Below, piece by piece: positions 11,185 through 22,064 of a DNA stretch of 64,000 nt. The first letter of the stretch is position 1; every line of letters begins with the position of its first letter. The translations under genes were made by a program, and so were the position numbers. A model generated the notes under the pieces. The model made no database searches, had not been told where the DNA came from, and saw only the letters and a list, made by a program, of their open reading frames with translations. The stretch comes from an uncultured Actinomycetes bacterium (lineage in GTDB: Bacteria > Actinomycetota > Acidimicrobiia > IMCC26256 > JACDBD01), in the NCBI GenBank assembly GCA_963836445.1, contig CAWIJM010000031.1:18680-82679 (forward strand), in the 5' to 3' direction.

Positions 11185-12268
11185 TTACCTACGCAGCCGG
11201 TAGAAGCGGAAGAAGTCGTTCTCGATCGGCAGGACGTCCACCGATCCGAAACCCGCCCGACCGCGCGAGGTCACGCACGATCGGCTCGCGCAGCACCGTG
11301 CCGGTGGGCTCGGCCGGCTGATCGACCATTGCGGCCGGCAAGCAGTGCGAGATGCTCCATCCGTACATCATCCGCTCGACCTCGTCGCCGGGCGCCGTGA
11401 AGGAGCCCGCGACGCGCTCGTCGGCCAGCAGCACCGAGCCGTCGTCGCGCAGCATCTGGTGCAGAGCCCCGAGCACCTCGCCCGGTCGCGGCGTGTCGTG
11501 GAGCGCCTCGAACATGCATGCGAGGTCGTAGGCGCCCTTCGCCGCCGGGTCGGCCGCGTCGCCCACGTGGAAGCTCACCGCGCCGGCCATCCCGGCCTCG
11601 GCGGCGTTGCGTCGGGCGTCATCCACCGAAGCCTGGTCGAGGTCGATCCCCTCGACGGTCGCCGCCGGGAAGGCGCGGGCAAGCGCGATCGTGGACCAGC
11701 CGACGCCGCAGCCGACGTCGGCGACTCGCGCCGCGGGCTCGGACCGCAACCGGGCGTCGACGTCCGGCATGGTCGCGATCCAATTCGCCATCTCGTTGGT
11801 GAACGCGGGTCGGTTCACCGCGGCCTGGCCATCGCGCAGATCGGCGCCGTACTTGCTGAACGGAACTCCGCCACCGGTGCGGTACGCCTCGGCGACGTCG
11901 GGGAGCACGCCGCCGATGCCGGCGAGCAGCGAGGCGAACGGCGCGAGGTAGTTCGGGCTCTCGGCATCGATCAGCACTTCGGCGTGCTCCGCCGGGAGGC
12001 GGAACCGGCGCGTCCCGCCTTCCGCGTCCTCGACCTCGAGGATGCCGGCGACCGCCTGCTGCTCCAGCCACTCGCGCGCGTAGCGAGGCGCGATCCCGGC
12101 TCGGCGGGCGAGCTCGTCCGGCTCGAGCGCATCGGCGCCGGCGAGCGCCACGTAGAGGCCCAGACGATCGCCGAGGTAGACCCCGAACAGCTCGAGCGTT
12201 CCGATCGTGGCGCCGAAGAGACGTTCGACGAGCGCGTCCGTGCGGTCGTGCGCGGTGGTCGAGGTCAC
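11185..12268 (-). CDS. Winged-helix + class I SAM methyltransferase (Rv2258c-like)
   Basis: YLGDRLGLY, REWLEQQAVAG, ADVGCGVGW; C-terminus NDFFRFYRLRR after an indel. Confidence 0.85.
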
Positions 12269-12352
12269 GCCTGCCTCCTCGTCGAGCTCGTCGAGAGGTT
12301 CACATGCACCGGTGATGGACCTCCCGCGACGAGGCTAGGCGGCGATCGCCGT

Positions 12353-13734
12353 TCACGAGCTGGACGCGATCGGGATGCGGAGCTGCACCGAGGCGCCGCC
12401 TTCGGCCCCGTTCTCGATCTCGAGCTCGCCGCCGTGCGCCGCGGCGATGGCGTCGACGATCGCGAGGCCGAGGCCGGCGCCGTTCTCCGTGCCCCGTCCA
12501 CCGTTCGTCCCCCGCACGAACCGTCCCGCCGCCTGCCCGAGGAGCTCGGGCGGGAAGCCGGGTCCGTCGTCCTGCACCGTCACGACGGCCCGGTCGCCGT
12601 CGCTCGAAACGTCCACGTCGACTCGCGCGTGGGCGTGGCGCGCCGCGTTCTCGACCAGGTTGAGGACGGCCCGCTCGATGGCGTCCTCGTCGCCCCGCAC
12701 GTCCGCCGACCCGTTCACGTAGACCGGCACGGCGGCGCCGTCGCGCGACCGCGTCACGGTCTGGGCCGCGCGGGCGTGACAGCGCGCCGAGCTCGACCGG
12801 CTGGAGCCGGGGCGGCCCGGCGGAGCGCGAGCGCGCCAGGACGAGCAGGTTCACCGCCAGCCGGTCGAGCCGGTCGACTTCTTCCAGCGAGGAATCGAGC
12901 GCCTCGCGCGAGCTCGCTTCCCGCCTCGGTCTGCATGCGCGCGAGCTCGAGCTCGCTGCGGACGATCGAGATCGGCGTGCGCAGGTCGTGGCTGGCGTCG
13001 TCGAGGAACGCGCGCTCGTGCTCGAGCGCGGCTTCGATGCGGGCGAGGAGCTCGTTGAGGTGGCGCGCGAGGTCGGCGAGCTCCTCGCCCGTCTCCGGGA
13101 CCGACAGGCGTCGTCGCTGCCCCGCGCCGCCACGGCCGAGATCTCGTCCGCCTCCTCGACGAGATCGCGCACCGGTTTGAGCGCGGCGCCGGCGAGGAAC
13201 CAGCCGGCGACCGACACGATCCCCGCCAGCAGCGGGAGACCGATCACGAGCGCCAGCTCGAGACGGTGCTGGGCGTCGATCGCCTCGTCGAGCGAGGTCC
13301 CGACCACGACGACGAGCCCGAGCCCGCGCTGGCCGGCCGGCCCCGCCAACAGGCGCGACTGCTGGTCGCCGGGCGCGGCGCCGCGCTCGATCGTGATCCG
13401 GCGGGTGCGGGCATCGGCGAGCTCGCCCTTGGTCAGGACGCGCCGCTCGAGGAGCGCGCGAGGAGCGGCGTTCACGACCTGGCCGTCCACGTCGACGATC
13501 TGCGCGAACGCCTCGGAGTCCGGCAGCGTGGGCTCGACGGACTGGTCGCCGCTGGTGGCGAGGTCGCGTTCGAGGTTTGAAAAGCGGGTGGTCAGGCCGT
13601 CGTCGAGCGCCTCGCGCAGCGCATTGCGGTACTGGTAGTCGACGAGCACGCCGACGAGCAGACACAAGACGGCGGTCACGAGGGCGAACACGAGGGTCAG
13701 GCGGCCCCGCAGGGTCCGTGGACGTCTGAATCAC
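12353..13734 (-). CDS. Two-component sensor histidine kinase (frameshifted)
   Basis: Two TM helices, DASHDLRTP H-box, NLVENAARH, QDDGPGF, GAGLGLAIV. Confidence 0.9.
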
Positions 13735-14407
13735 GCGTCGCTCCGGAGCCGGTAGCCGACGCCCCGGACCGTCTCGAGGGTGGTGCGATCGAAGGGCCGG
13801 TCGATCTTCTCGCGCAGGTAACGCACATAGACGTCGACGACGTTCGACGTCCCGTCGTACGCGAAGTCCCAGACGTGCTCGAGAATCGTGGTGCGGCTCA
13901 GCACTTCGTCGGCGTGCCGCATGAACAGGTCGAGCAGCGCGAACTCCTTGGGGCTCAGTTCAACCTCTTTGCCGGCGCGGCGTCACACGATGGCGGGCCG
14001 GGTCGAGCTCGAGGTCGCCGATCTGGAGGACATGCGGACGCTGCGGCGGCGCCCGGCGGGTGAGCGCCCGCAGGCGCGCGTAGAGCTCTTCGAACGAGAA
14101 CGGCTTCGGGATGTAGTCGTCGGCGCCGGCGTCGAGTCCGATCACGCGGTCGTCCACGCTGTCGCGTGCTGTGAGCAGCAGGATCGGGGCCCAGCGGCCG
14201 TCGGCGCGCAGGCGCCGGCACACCTCGAAGCCGTCGGGCTCGGGGATCATCACGTCGAGCACGATGGCGTCGTACTCGTTCTCGGTGCCCATCCAGACGG
14301 CGTCGGTGCCGGTCATCGCAACATCGACCGAGTAACCCTCGAGCTCGAGCGCCTTGCGCACGAGGGTCGCCATCTTGGACTCGTCTTCTACGACGAGGAA
14401 CCCGCAC
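13731..14407 (-). CDS. OmpR-family response regulator (frameshifted)
   Basis: LVVEDE, LDVMIP, GADDYIPKPF, ETVRGVGY; TACCAT -10 box 6 nt before GTG. Confidence 0.9.
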
Positions 14408-14429
14408 GCCCGAATGGTACGGCCCGACC

Positions 14430-15220
14430 TCAGCGTTGGGTGCTGCGGGCAGGAGAACGTGGTGCGACCGGCCACCGTCCGCCGTTCGAAGGGTGTGCCG
14501 TCCTTCGGGCACACGCCGCCCGCGACGCGCTGGGTCATGTGGTCCCCGGTGTGCGATCCGCCTCGTGCGAGGGTCAGCTGCAACGTGCGGCGGATGGCAC
14601 GGTGCACGCGGCGGCGCTCGTTGCGGTCGAGCTCACGCGCCGGTCGGGCCGGGATCGATACCGGCCCGCCACAGGACCTCGTCGACGAGGAGATTGCCGA
14701 GCCCGGCGATACGGGTCTGGTCCATGAGCACCGCCTTCACCGGCGCCCGGCTGCGTGTGAGCACCCGGTCGACCTCGGCCTGGGTGACGTCGAACGCGTC
14801 GGGGCCGAGGCGTTCCTCGTCGGGGTCAGCTCGACGGCCCCGAGGCGGCGCGGGTCGCGCATGGCGAGCGAGCCGCCGTCGTCGAAGCGCAGCGTGAAGC
14901 GGTGCCAGCCGGGGTTCTCGCGATTGCTGCCGTAGATGAGCGGGTCGCCGGCGGCGTGGTCGTCGATCAGCACGCGCCCGCTCATGCCGAGGTGCAGTCC
15001 GAGGGTCGGGCCGGCGCGGTCGGTGTCGAGCAGGAGCAGCTTGCCGCGGCGGCGGGCGGTGGTGAGCCGGTGGCCCGTCAACGCGGGCTCGAGCGCGGTG
15101 GCGGTGAGACCGCGCTTGAGGTACCACGCATCCGGCGCGTCGATCCCGGCGATCTTGCGGCCCAGAGCTCGCTCCTCGATGAGCCGGCGCGGCGTACTCG
15201 ACCTCGACGCCTTCGGGCAA
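14430..15220 (-). CDS. Fpg/Nei family DNA glycosylase (frameshifted)
   Basis: Starts MPEGVEVE; RRGKLLL, HLGMSG, DPRRLG, AGLGNLLVDEVLW, C-terminal zinc finger CPKDG...FSCPQHQ. Confidence 0.85.
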
Positions 15221-15225
15221 GCGGC

Positions 15226-16905
15226 CTAGACGTTCGTGATCGCGCCGTGCTCGGCGCCCTGGGCGAGCTTGGCGTACTTGGCGAGGACGCCGCTCGTGTA
15301 GCGCGGCTCGGGAAGCTTCCAGTCGGACTTGCGACGGGCGAGCTCGGCGTCGTCGACGAGGAGGTCGAGCGTATGGCTGGCGGCGTCGATCACGATGCGG
15401 TCGCCGTCCTCGACGAACGCGATCGGTCCGCCGTCGACGGCCTCGGGCGAGACGTGCCCGACGCAGTAGCCGTGCGTACCGCCCGAGAACCGACCGTCGG
15501 TGACGAGCGCAGCGTCTGCGCCACGGCCGGCGCCCTTCATCGCACCGGTGACCGCGAGCATCTCCCGCATCCCGGGACCGCCCTTCGGGCCTTCGTAGCG
15601 AATCACCACGACGTCGCCGGCGTTGATGCTCCCGCCGAGGACGGCGTCCATCGCCGCGTCTTCGCCGTCGAAGACACGCGCGACGCCTTCGAAGCGGTCG
15701 CTGTCGAGACCGGCGACCTTCACCACTGCGCCGTTCGGCGCCATCGAGCCCCGCAGCACGACGATGCCGCCTTCGGTGTGGATGGGCTCGCGCAGGGAGT
15801 GCACGACCTCGCCGTCGGGGGCGGGCGGGTCGAGGTCGGCGAGGTTCTCGGCCAGGGTCTTGCCCGTGACGGTCAGGCAGTCGCCGTGCAGCAGCCCCGC
15901 GTCGAGCAGCTCGCGCAGCACGACTTGCACGCCTCCGATGCGGTCGATGTCGGCCATGTGGTACTTGCCGTGCGGCTTCGTGTCCGCGATGTGCGGCACC
16001 TTGGCGGCGACGCGGTTGAAGTCGTCGAGCTCGAGCTCGACCTCGGACTCGTGGGCGATGGCGAGCAGGTGGAGGACGGCGTTGGTCGACCCGCCGAGCG
16101 CGTTCACGACTGCGATCGCGTTCTCGAAGGCGGGCTTGGTCATGATCTGGCGGGGCCGGATCCCGGCCTCGAGCAGTCCCACGACCGCGCGCCCCGATTC
16201 GAACGCGAAGTCGTCGCGGCGCCGGTCCACCGCCGGCGGCGCCGAGCTGCCGGGCAGGCACATGCCGAGCGCCTCGGCCGCCGACGCCATGGTGTTGGCC
16301 GTGAACATCCCCGCGCACGAGCCCTCTGTCGGGCACGCCCGCCGCTCGATCTCACCGAGCTCGTTCTCGCTGATCGTGCCGGCCGCACACGCGCCGATGG
16401 CCTCGAACACGCTGACGACGTCGAGTGCCTGGTCCTTCCAGTGGCCGGGGAGGATGGCGCCGCCGTAGAGGAACACCGAAGGAAGATTGAGACGCCCGGC
16501 GGCCATCAGCATGCCGGGCAGGCTCTTGTCGCAGCCGGCGAACGTGACCATCCCGTCGAAGCGCTCGGCGTGCATCATCGTCTCGATCGAGTCGGCGATG
16601 ACCTCGCGGCTCACCAGCGAAGCGCGCATGCCCTCGTGGCCCATGGAGATGCCGTCGCTGACCGCGATCGTGACGAACTCGATGGGGAAGCCGTCAGCGG
16701 CGCGGACGCCGTCCTTGGCCCGCTTCGCGAGCCGGTCGAGCGGCATGTTGCACGGCGTGACCTCGTTCCAGCTCGACGCCACGCCGATCTGCGGCTTGTC
16801 CCAGTCGGCGTCGGTCATGCCGACGGCCCGCAGCATCGCCCGCGCCCCGGCACGTTCCATGCCATCGGTGACTTCGCGGCTGCGTGGCTTGAGGTCCTCA
16901 CCCAT
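15226..16905 (-). CDS. ilvD: Dihydroxy-acid dehydratase
   Basis: [44 protein letters not shown]; TACGCT -10 box 6 nt before ATG. Confidence 0.96.
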   Translation of the reverse strand: MGEDLKPRSREVTDGMERAGARAMLRAVGMTDADWDKPQIGVASSWNEVTPCNMPLDRLAKRAKDGVRAADGFPIEFVTIAVSDGISMGHEGMRASLVSREVIADSIETMMHAERFDGMVTFAGCDKSLPGMLMAAGRLNLPSVFLYGGAILPGHWKDQALDVVSVFEAIGACAAGTISENELGEIERRACPTEGSCAGMFTANTMASAAEALGMCLPGSSAPPAVDRRRDDFAFESGRAVVGLLEAGIRPRQIMTKPAFENAIAVVNALGGSTNAVLHLLAIAHESEVELELDDFNRVAAKVPHIADTKPHGKYHMADIDRIGGVQVVLRELLDAGLLHGDCLTVTGKTLAENLADLDPPAPDGEVVHSLREPIHTEGGIVVLRGSMAPNGAVVKVAGLDSDRFEGVARVFDGEDAAMDAVLGGSINAGDVVVIRYEGPKGGPGMREMLAVTGAMKGAGRGADAALVTDGRFSGGTHGYCVGHVSPEAVDGGPIAFVEDGDRIVIDAASHTLDLLVDDAELARRKSDWKLPEPRYTSGVLAKYAKLAQGAEHGAITNV

Positions 16906-16969
16906 GCGATCAGCGTACCGCCGCCGTTCGCGCCGCTCTCTCGCGTTCAGCCACGGACGTACGATCCTG

Positions 16970-17037
16970 GCAGCGGCGGCGGCTTTGCCGACCGCCGGTG
17001 CAAAGCCGGAGCTTGCGACGGCGACAATGGAGAAACG
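16970..17037 (+). repeat. Structured ~65-nt dispersed element, copy 1 (leader of LLM oxidoreductase)
   Basis: GCAGCGGCGG CGGC TTT GCCG A CCGCCGGTGC AAA GCCG GAGCTTGCGA CGGC GACAATGGAG; TACGAT at 16960-16965. Confidence 0.9.
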
Positions 17038-18051
17038 ATGAAGATCGACGGGTCGCTCACCGACAACCTCGGCGAGATCGCAAATCGGGCACGCGAGCTC
17101 GAGGCGACCGGGTACGACGGCGCGTTCACCTTCGAAGGCCCGCACGACCCGTTCCTGCCCGTGCTCCTCGCCGCCGAGCACACCGAGCGCCTCGATCTGT
17201 CGACGGCCATCGCGGTCGCGTTCGCCCGCAACCCGATGACCTTGGCGCAGACGGCGTACGACCTACAGAGCGTGTCGGAGGGACGCTTCATCCTCGGGCT
17301 CGGCTCGCAGATCCGCCCGCACATCGAGAAGCGGTTCTCGATGCCGTGGTCCAAGCCCGCCGCCCGTATGCGCGAGCTCGCGCTCGCGATCCGCGCCATC
17401 TGGGCGTGCTGGCACGATGGCGCGCCGCTGCGCTTCGACGGCGACTTCTACCGCCACACGCTCATGACCCCCTTCTTCAACCCGGGACCGAACCCGTACG
17501 GGCCGCCGCGCCTGTGGCTCGCCGGCGTCGGCCCGGCGATGACCGAGGTCGCCGGCGAGGTTGCCGACGGGTTCCTCGTCCATCCGTTCAGCACGGAGCG
17601 GTTCTTGCGCGAGGTCACGCTTCCGGCGCTCGAGCGCGGGTTCGCCAGTGGGGGCCGGACGCGCGGCGGGTTCGAGATCGCGTTCCCGCTGATGATCGTG
17701 ACCGGCGATTCCGAAGACGAGATCGCCGCCGCCGAAGGGGGCGTCCGCCGCCAGCTCGCGTTCTACGGCTCGACCCCGGCGTACCGGCGCGTGCTCGAAC
17801 TGCACGGCTGGGGCGACCTCCAGCCCGAGCTCAACCGGCTTTCCAAGGAAGGGCGCTGGGAGGAGATGGGCGGCCTGATCGGCGACGAGCTCGTCGAGAC
17901 CTTCACGGTGCGCGGGAGCCCGGAGGAGATCGCGCCTCGGGTACTGGCGCGCTACGGCGGCCTCGTCGACCGGATCAGCTTCAACGCGCCCTACCGTGCC
18001 GACCCGGCGCGTTGGGCGGTGGTGCTCGAGGGGTTCAAGGTGGGCGTATGA
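17038..18051 (+). CDS. LLM-class (probably F420-dependent) oxidoreductase
   Basis: [45 protein letters not shown]. Confidence 0.9.
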   Translation: MKIDGSLTDNLGEIANRARELEATGYDGAFTFEGPHDPFLPVLLAAEHTERLDLSTAIAVAFARNPMTLAQTAYDLQSVSEGRFILGLGSQIRPHIEKRFSMPWSKPAARMRELALAIRAIWACWHDGAPLRFDGDFYRHTLMTPFFNPGPNPYGPPRLWLAGVGPAMTEVAGEVADGFLVHPFSTERFLREVTLPALERGFASGGRTRGGFEIAFPLMIVTGDSEDEIAAAEGGVRRQLAFYGSTPAYRRVLELHGWGDLQPELNRLSKEGRWEEMGGLIGDELVETFTVRGSPEEIAPRVLARYGGLVDRISFNAPYRADPARWAVVLEGFKVGV

Positions 18052-18951
18052 GGGTGCGTGTCGGGACCGCGGACGGGCTCTTCGCACTCGACGGCTCGCC
18101 GGAGCGCGAGGTCGCCGGCCACTCGGTCACCGCGCTGAGCGAGGACTGGGCGATCTTCGACGGCGAAACCGTCGTGTACGGACGAACGGCGGCTGGCGGC
18201 AGGCGATGACCGTCCGATCGCCCGAGCGGTCGCTCGGGATCCACGGCGCGCTGCTGGCCCGGTTCGACGACGCGATCGTCGGCTGGGGCTCCTCGCTGAT
18301 GCGCGTCTTCAAGCAGAAGCGGTTCGAGCCCATTCCGGGGTTCGAGGCGGTCCCGGGCCGCGACGACTGGCACGCGGTCGGGAGCCGCAAGCCCTACGTC
18401 CGGTCGCTGACGGCGACCGCAGGAGGGGTGCTGCTCGCCAACGTGCACGTGGGCGGGATCCCCAGGTCGCCCGACGACGGCGCGACGTGGCAGCCCACCA
18501 TCGACGTCGACGCCGACGTCCACCAGGTACGCGCGCATCCGCAGCGGCCGGAGCTCGTGCTCGCCGCGGCCGCCGTGGGCTGTGCCGGAGCGACGACGCC
18601 GGCGAGACGTGGACCGTGCTCACCGACGGCTTGCACGCCTCGTACTGCCGGGCGGTGGCGACGGCCGGCGACGTCTTGTTCGTGAGCGCGTCGACCGGAC
18701 CGTTCACCGAGCAGGCCGCGGTGTACCGGCGGGCGATCGACGGAGACGGCCCGCTCGAGCGCTGCACGGACGGCTTGCCCGACTGGCAGCCGCACAACAT
18801 CGACACGGGGTGCCTCGACACCGATGGCGCGCGACGTCGCGTTCGGCGGCGCCGACGGCGTCGTCTACGGCTCCGAGGATGCCGGGGGCACATGGCGGGT
18901 GCTCGCCGACGGCTTGCCGCCGGTGTCGGCAGTCGCGATCGACCCCGCCTG
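18048..18951 (+). CDS. BNR/beta-propeller repeat protein (frameshifted)
   Basis: VGTADGLF start; repeated SxDxGxTW motifs; ATGA overlap with the LLM gene. Confidence 0.7.
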
Positions 18952-18964
18952 AGGAAGGAGACCT

Positions 18965-19351
18965 GTGGCCAACGAGAACGAGACCCCGATCGAGGTCGTC
19001 CGCCGGTTCTGCGCCGTGTGGTCGAACGTCGACCCCGACGACATCGCCGGGTTCTTCACCGACGACGCCGTGTACCACAACATCCCGATGGACCCGATCA
19101 CCGGCCGCGACGCGATCAAGACGTTCATCGCCGGATTCGCAGGCGGTGCAGAGCAGATCGACTTCCGCGTGCGCAACATCGTCGCCGACGGTGACATCGT
19201 GCTCACCGAGCGTGTCGACGTGTTCCAGCTGCCGAACGGCAAGGTCGAGTTGCCGGTGATGGGAACCTTCGAGGTGAAGGACGGCAAGATCGCGGCGTGG
19301 CGCGACTACTTCGACATGAAGCAGTTCATGGACCAGATGACGTCTCAGTGA
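18965..19351 (+). CDS. Limonene-1,2-epoxide hydrolase family (NTF2-like)
   Basis: YHNIP, VLTERVD, AWRDYFD; SD AGGAG. Confidence 0.9.
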   Translation: MANENETPIEVVRRFCAVWSNVDPDDIAGFFTDDAVYHNIPMDPITGRDAIKTFIAGFAGGAEQIDFRVRNIVADGDIVLTERVDVFQLPNGKVELPVMGTFEVKDGKIAAWRDYFDMKQFMDQMTSQ

Positions 19352-20066
19352 TCGCAACAGTCAGCGTTTGCAAGGGGTTTCGTCCTCGCCGGGCCTCCGA
19401 ATGCAGCAGTCGTGTCACGTCGCAGGGTTTGGTGACCGCGGTGTGACCACGGGTGCCCTTAGCGGAAGGCGGGAGACCACTGAGCACCGGCCTCCCGCCC
19501 TCCTTTCCCCCGGGGTGCGAGTGGGCGATCACTGCTACCTCCGAGAGGTGGCGGGAGTCTGCGCCGAATCGAGCCAGGGCTAAACACGGCCAGCCCGGAA
19601 CTCGCGCACCTTTACTCGGCCTTTAGCGGTGGTAGCGAAGATCCCCGTCTTCGAGGGCATCGCCCCCGAGCGCACGCCCTCGGAAATGGGAAAAGCGGCA
19701 GGCTTGCTTGGACCGGGGCCTCCCGCGTTCTCGTGTGCGGCACGCGTTCGACGCGACGACGCCCCCTTGGTCTCCGCCCGGCCCAAGGGGGCGTCTCGTC
19801 TGTGCCAGCGGCTTGTGGGAGCGGCCTGTTGGCTCACGCCGCTGGTGCGAATTCTTGAGGGTGCGAGGGTCCCCGGCCGCGCTGTTGGACCGGGTCCCCT
19901 CGGCCAGTGGCCCGACTTCCACGTTCGGTAAGACAACGCTCAAGCAGCCCGCCGCGTTACGTCGACCGCAGACCGGTGCCGGAGTGCCGAGAACGCGACG
20001 GCGTTCACCCCCGGCGGGCGCCTGTCGGTCAGCCAGCTAGTTCGGGGCTGAACCGATGAGCCTCAG

Positions 20067-20157
20067 CTACCGCCCCGTGAGATAGATGAGCCAGCCAGCG
20101 ACCGCGACGAGGACACCGAGTCCCGGCGCCTATGAGGAACCCGACGGAGGTGCTCAT
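20067..20157 (-). CDS. Putative 29-aa single-TM small protein (needs one 1-nt correction)
   Basis: MSTSVGFLIGAGLGVLVAVAGWLIYLTGR* after removing one G from GCCGGGACTC. Confidence 0.45.
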
Positions 20158-20177
20158 CGGACGCCTTGTGCAAGCCG

Positions 20178-20438
20178 CTAGTGAGTCAGCGTGGCCAGCA
20201 GCTTCGCCCGATGCAGGATCTCCGCCGAATAGTCCCGATGCTGGTTCGAGGCGATAATCTCCGCTTCGTCGATCATCGCCACGTCGTCGTCCGCCCATTC
20301 CCGAACGGCAGACGCCGCCTCGTCGATACCTCCCACGCGATGCATCTCGGGTGCCAGGAAATCCCCGAGGGATACGAGATCGCGGACCTCGTCGTCATGT
20401 CCGCGGTCGCGAGGCGGCGAGATGTCCGAACGCTTCAT
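20178..20438 (-). CDS. Hypothetical acidic protein
   Basis: ATG preceded by GAGGAGGGG; MKRSDISPPRDRGHDDEVRDLV...LLATLTH. Confidence 0.55.
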   Translation of the reverse strand: MKRSDISPPRDRGHDDEVRDLVSLGDFLAPEMHRVGGIDEAASAVREWADDDVAMIDEAEIIASNQHRDYSAEILHRAKLLATLTH

Positions 20439-20833
20439 GGCGCCCCTCCTCTGTACCGCTCCCGCACCAGGCTCCCCGTGGGGACCAACGGCGCGCAAGC
20501 GTGCTGGTAGTAGCGGTATGAGCGGGCCTTGCTCGGGAACGCGGGCCCACCCCCGGCGGGCGAGCGCAAGGGCGGGCGCCGCAACCCCAAAGGTTCGGGG
20601 GCATCTAAGGCGGAGTCTCTACCGGAATAGGCGGCCGAGTCCGCGCCCGGTGACCCTGCCCGCGGCCTCGCACCAGAACGGGTGCGGTTGCGTTGATCCC
20701 CTGAGACCAAGGGCATTACGTGTGCGCCGGGGAGGTGATGACGAGGACCTCGACAGGGCAACATGGCGGGGTGCCGGAGTCGATGCAGAACGCTGAATCG
20801 GGCGCGGAACTGAACGTCCGTCAAAGTGGCGGT

Positions 20834-21621
20834 GTGGCTGAGCAGCAGCTCGATGGCGGGATCGCGAACGCGGGCCAGGTCGTCCGCGTCGGTCCGCATG
20901 TCCTTCGCCCCTCGATTCCGCACTCGGGTTCGATTCACGCCTTCCTACGGGCGGTGAGACACGCCGGATTCGAGGGCGCCTCGTCACCAGTCGGCATCGA
21001 CGAGGACGGACGCGAGCGCCTCGTATTCATCGACGGCGAGGTCCCCGTGGCGCCCTATCCGGACTGGAGCCAGTCCGACACCGCGCTGGCGTCCATTGCC
21101 AGGCTGCTGCGCGGGCTGCACGACGCCGCCCGCGGGTTCGACCCTCAGGGTCTCACCTGGAACGACGCGCTGGCTGACCCTGCGGGCGGGACGCTCGTCT
21201 GCCACAACGACGTGGAGCCTTCGAACGTCGTCTTCCGTGACGGCATTGCCGTCGCGCTGCTCGACTTCGAGTTCGCTGCCCCGGCCGCCCCGTCTACGAC
21301 CTCGCCCACCTCGCCCGCCTCTGCGTACCGATCGAAGACGACTTTGACCAGGCCCGGATCGGCTGGCGGCCCGCCGACCGGCCGGCACGGCTACGACTCG
21401 TCGCCGACGCCTACGGGCTGGACCGGGACGGTCGGACGGAGCTGCTCACCGCGATGAACGATGCCATCGACCGCATCGAAGCAGCCGTCCGGCGCAGCGT
21501 CGACGCGGGTGACCCGAACTCCATCGCCATGGTGAACCGGACCGGGGGCGGCGAGAAGTACGACCGCCGGCGCCGCTGGTGGACCGACCGCCACGACCAG
21601 TTCGCCGCCGCCCTCCTCTGA
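20834..21621 (+). CDS. Aminoglycoside-phosphotransferase-like kinase (frameshifted)
   Basis: GIDEDGRERLVFIDGEV, CHNDVEPSNVVF, LLDFEFAAP. Confidence 0.8.
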
Positions 21622-22064
21622 CCAGGCATCCCTTGGCCTACACGCACGCCGCTGTGTTGCATCCGTGCGGCCTCGCCTGCTGCGCCGTCGAGCGCGCAGG
21701 CGTCTGCGCAGCCCGGTCGGGAGCGCCATATCGAAGGTTTGTGCACGAGACAACCGTCCCCGATTCGATCAACCTTGGCGCGAAGAAACCATCCGGCGCT
21801 GATACCGATCTGATCTGTCACCGATCTCGTCCGTTGTTGTCGCTGTCCGTTGCTGCTTGCCCGGGTACGCACTACAAGGAGACGACGCGAAAGGGCGAGG
21901 GTGGGAGGTCGCTTTGAACGCTACGGCCAATCAGCGGGCCGCTCAGCAACAGCTTCTGATCCGCCACACGGAACGGGCTACCGACTTCCGGCAGATGCTG
22001 GAACCGTCTGAGGTCGTCCATGACACGGACCTCGCTGGCTTAGCCCATATCCCCGTCTCGGCAG

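Noticed and set aside
14902-18051. Very long ORFs antisense to or overlapping real genes (e.g. 1049 aa here, also 33476-35962, 41083-43557, 60430-63732)
   Set aside because: Shadow ORFs of high-GC codon bias, or read-through into real genes; only the embedded true genes have recognisable motifs
19352-20060. tRNA, tmRNA, RNase P or group II intron in the hairpin-rich region
   Set aside because: No T-loop/CCA cloverleaf, no GAGGAAAGTCC, no domain V motif on either strand
20834-21621. APH-like gene as an antibiotic resistance determinant
   Set aside because: Only the general kinase fold motifs are visible; substrate cannot be inferred from the sequence
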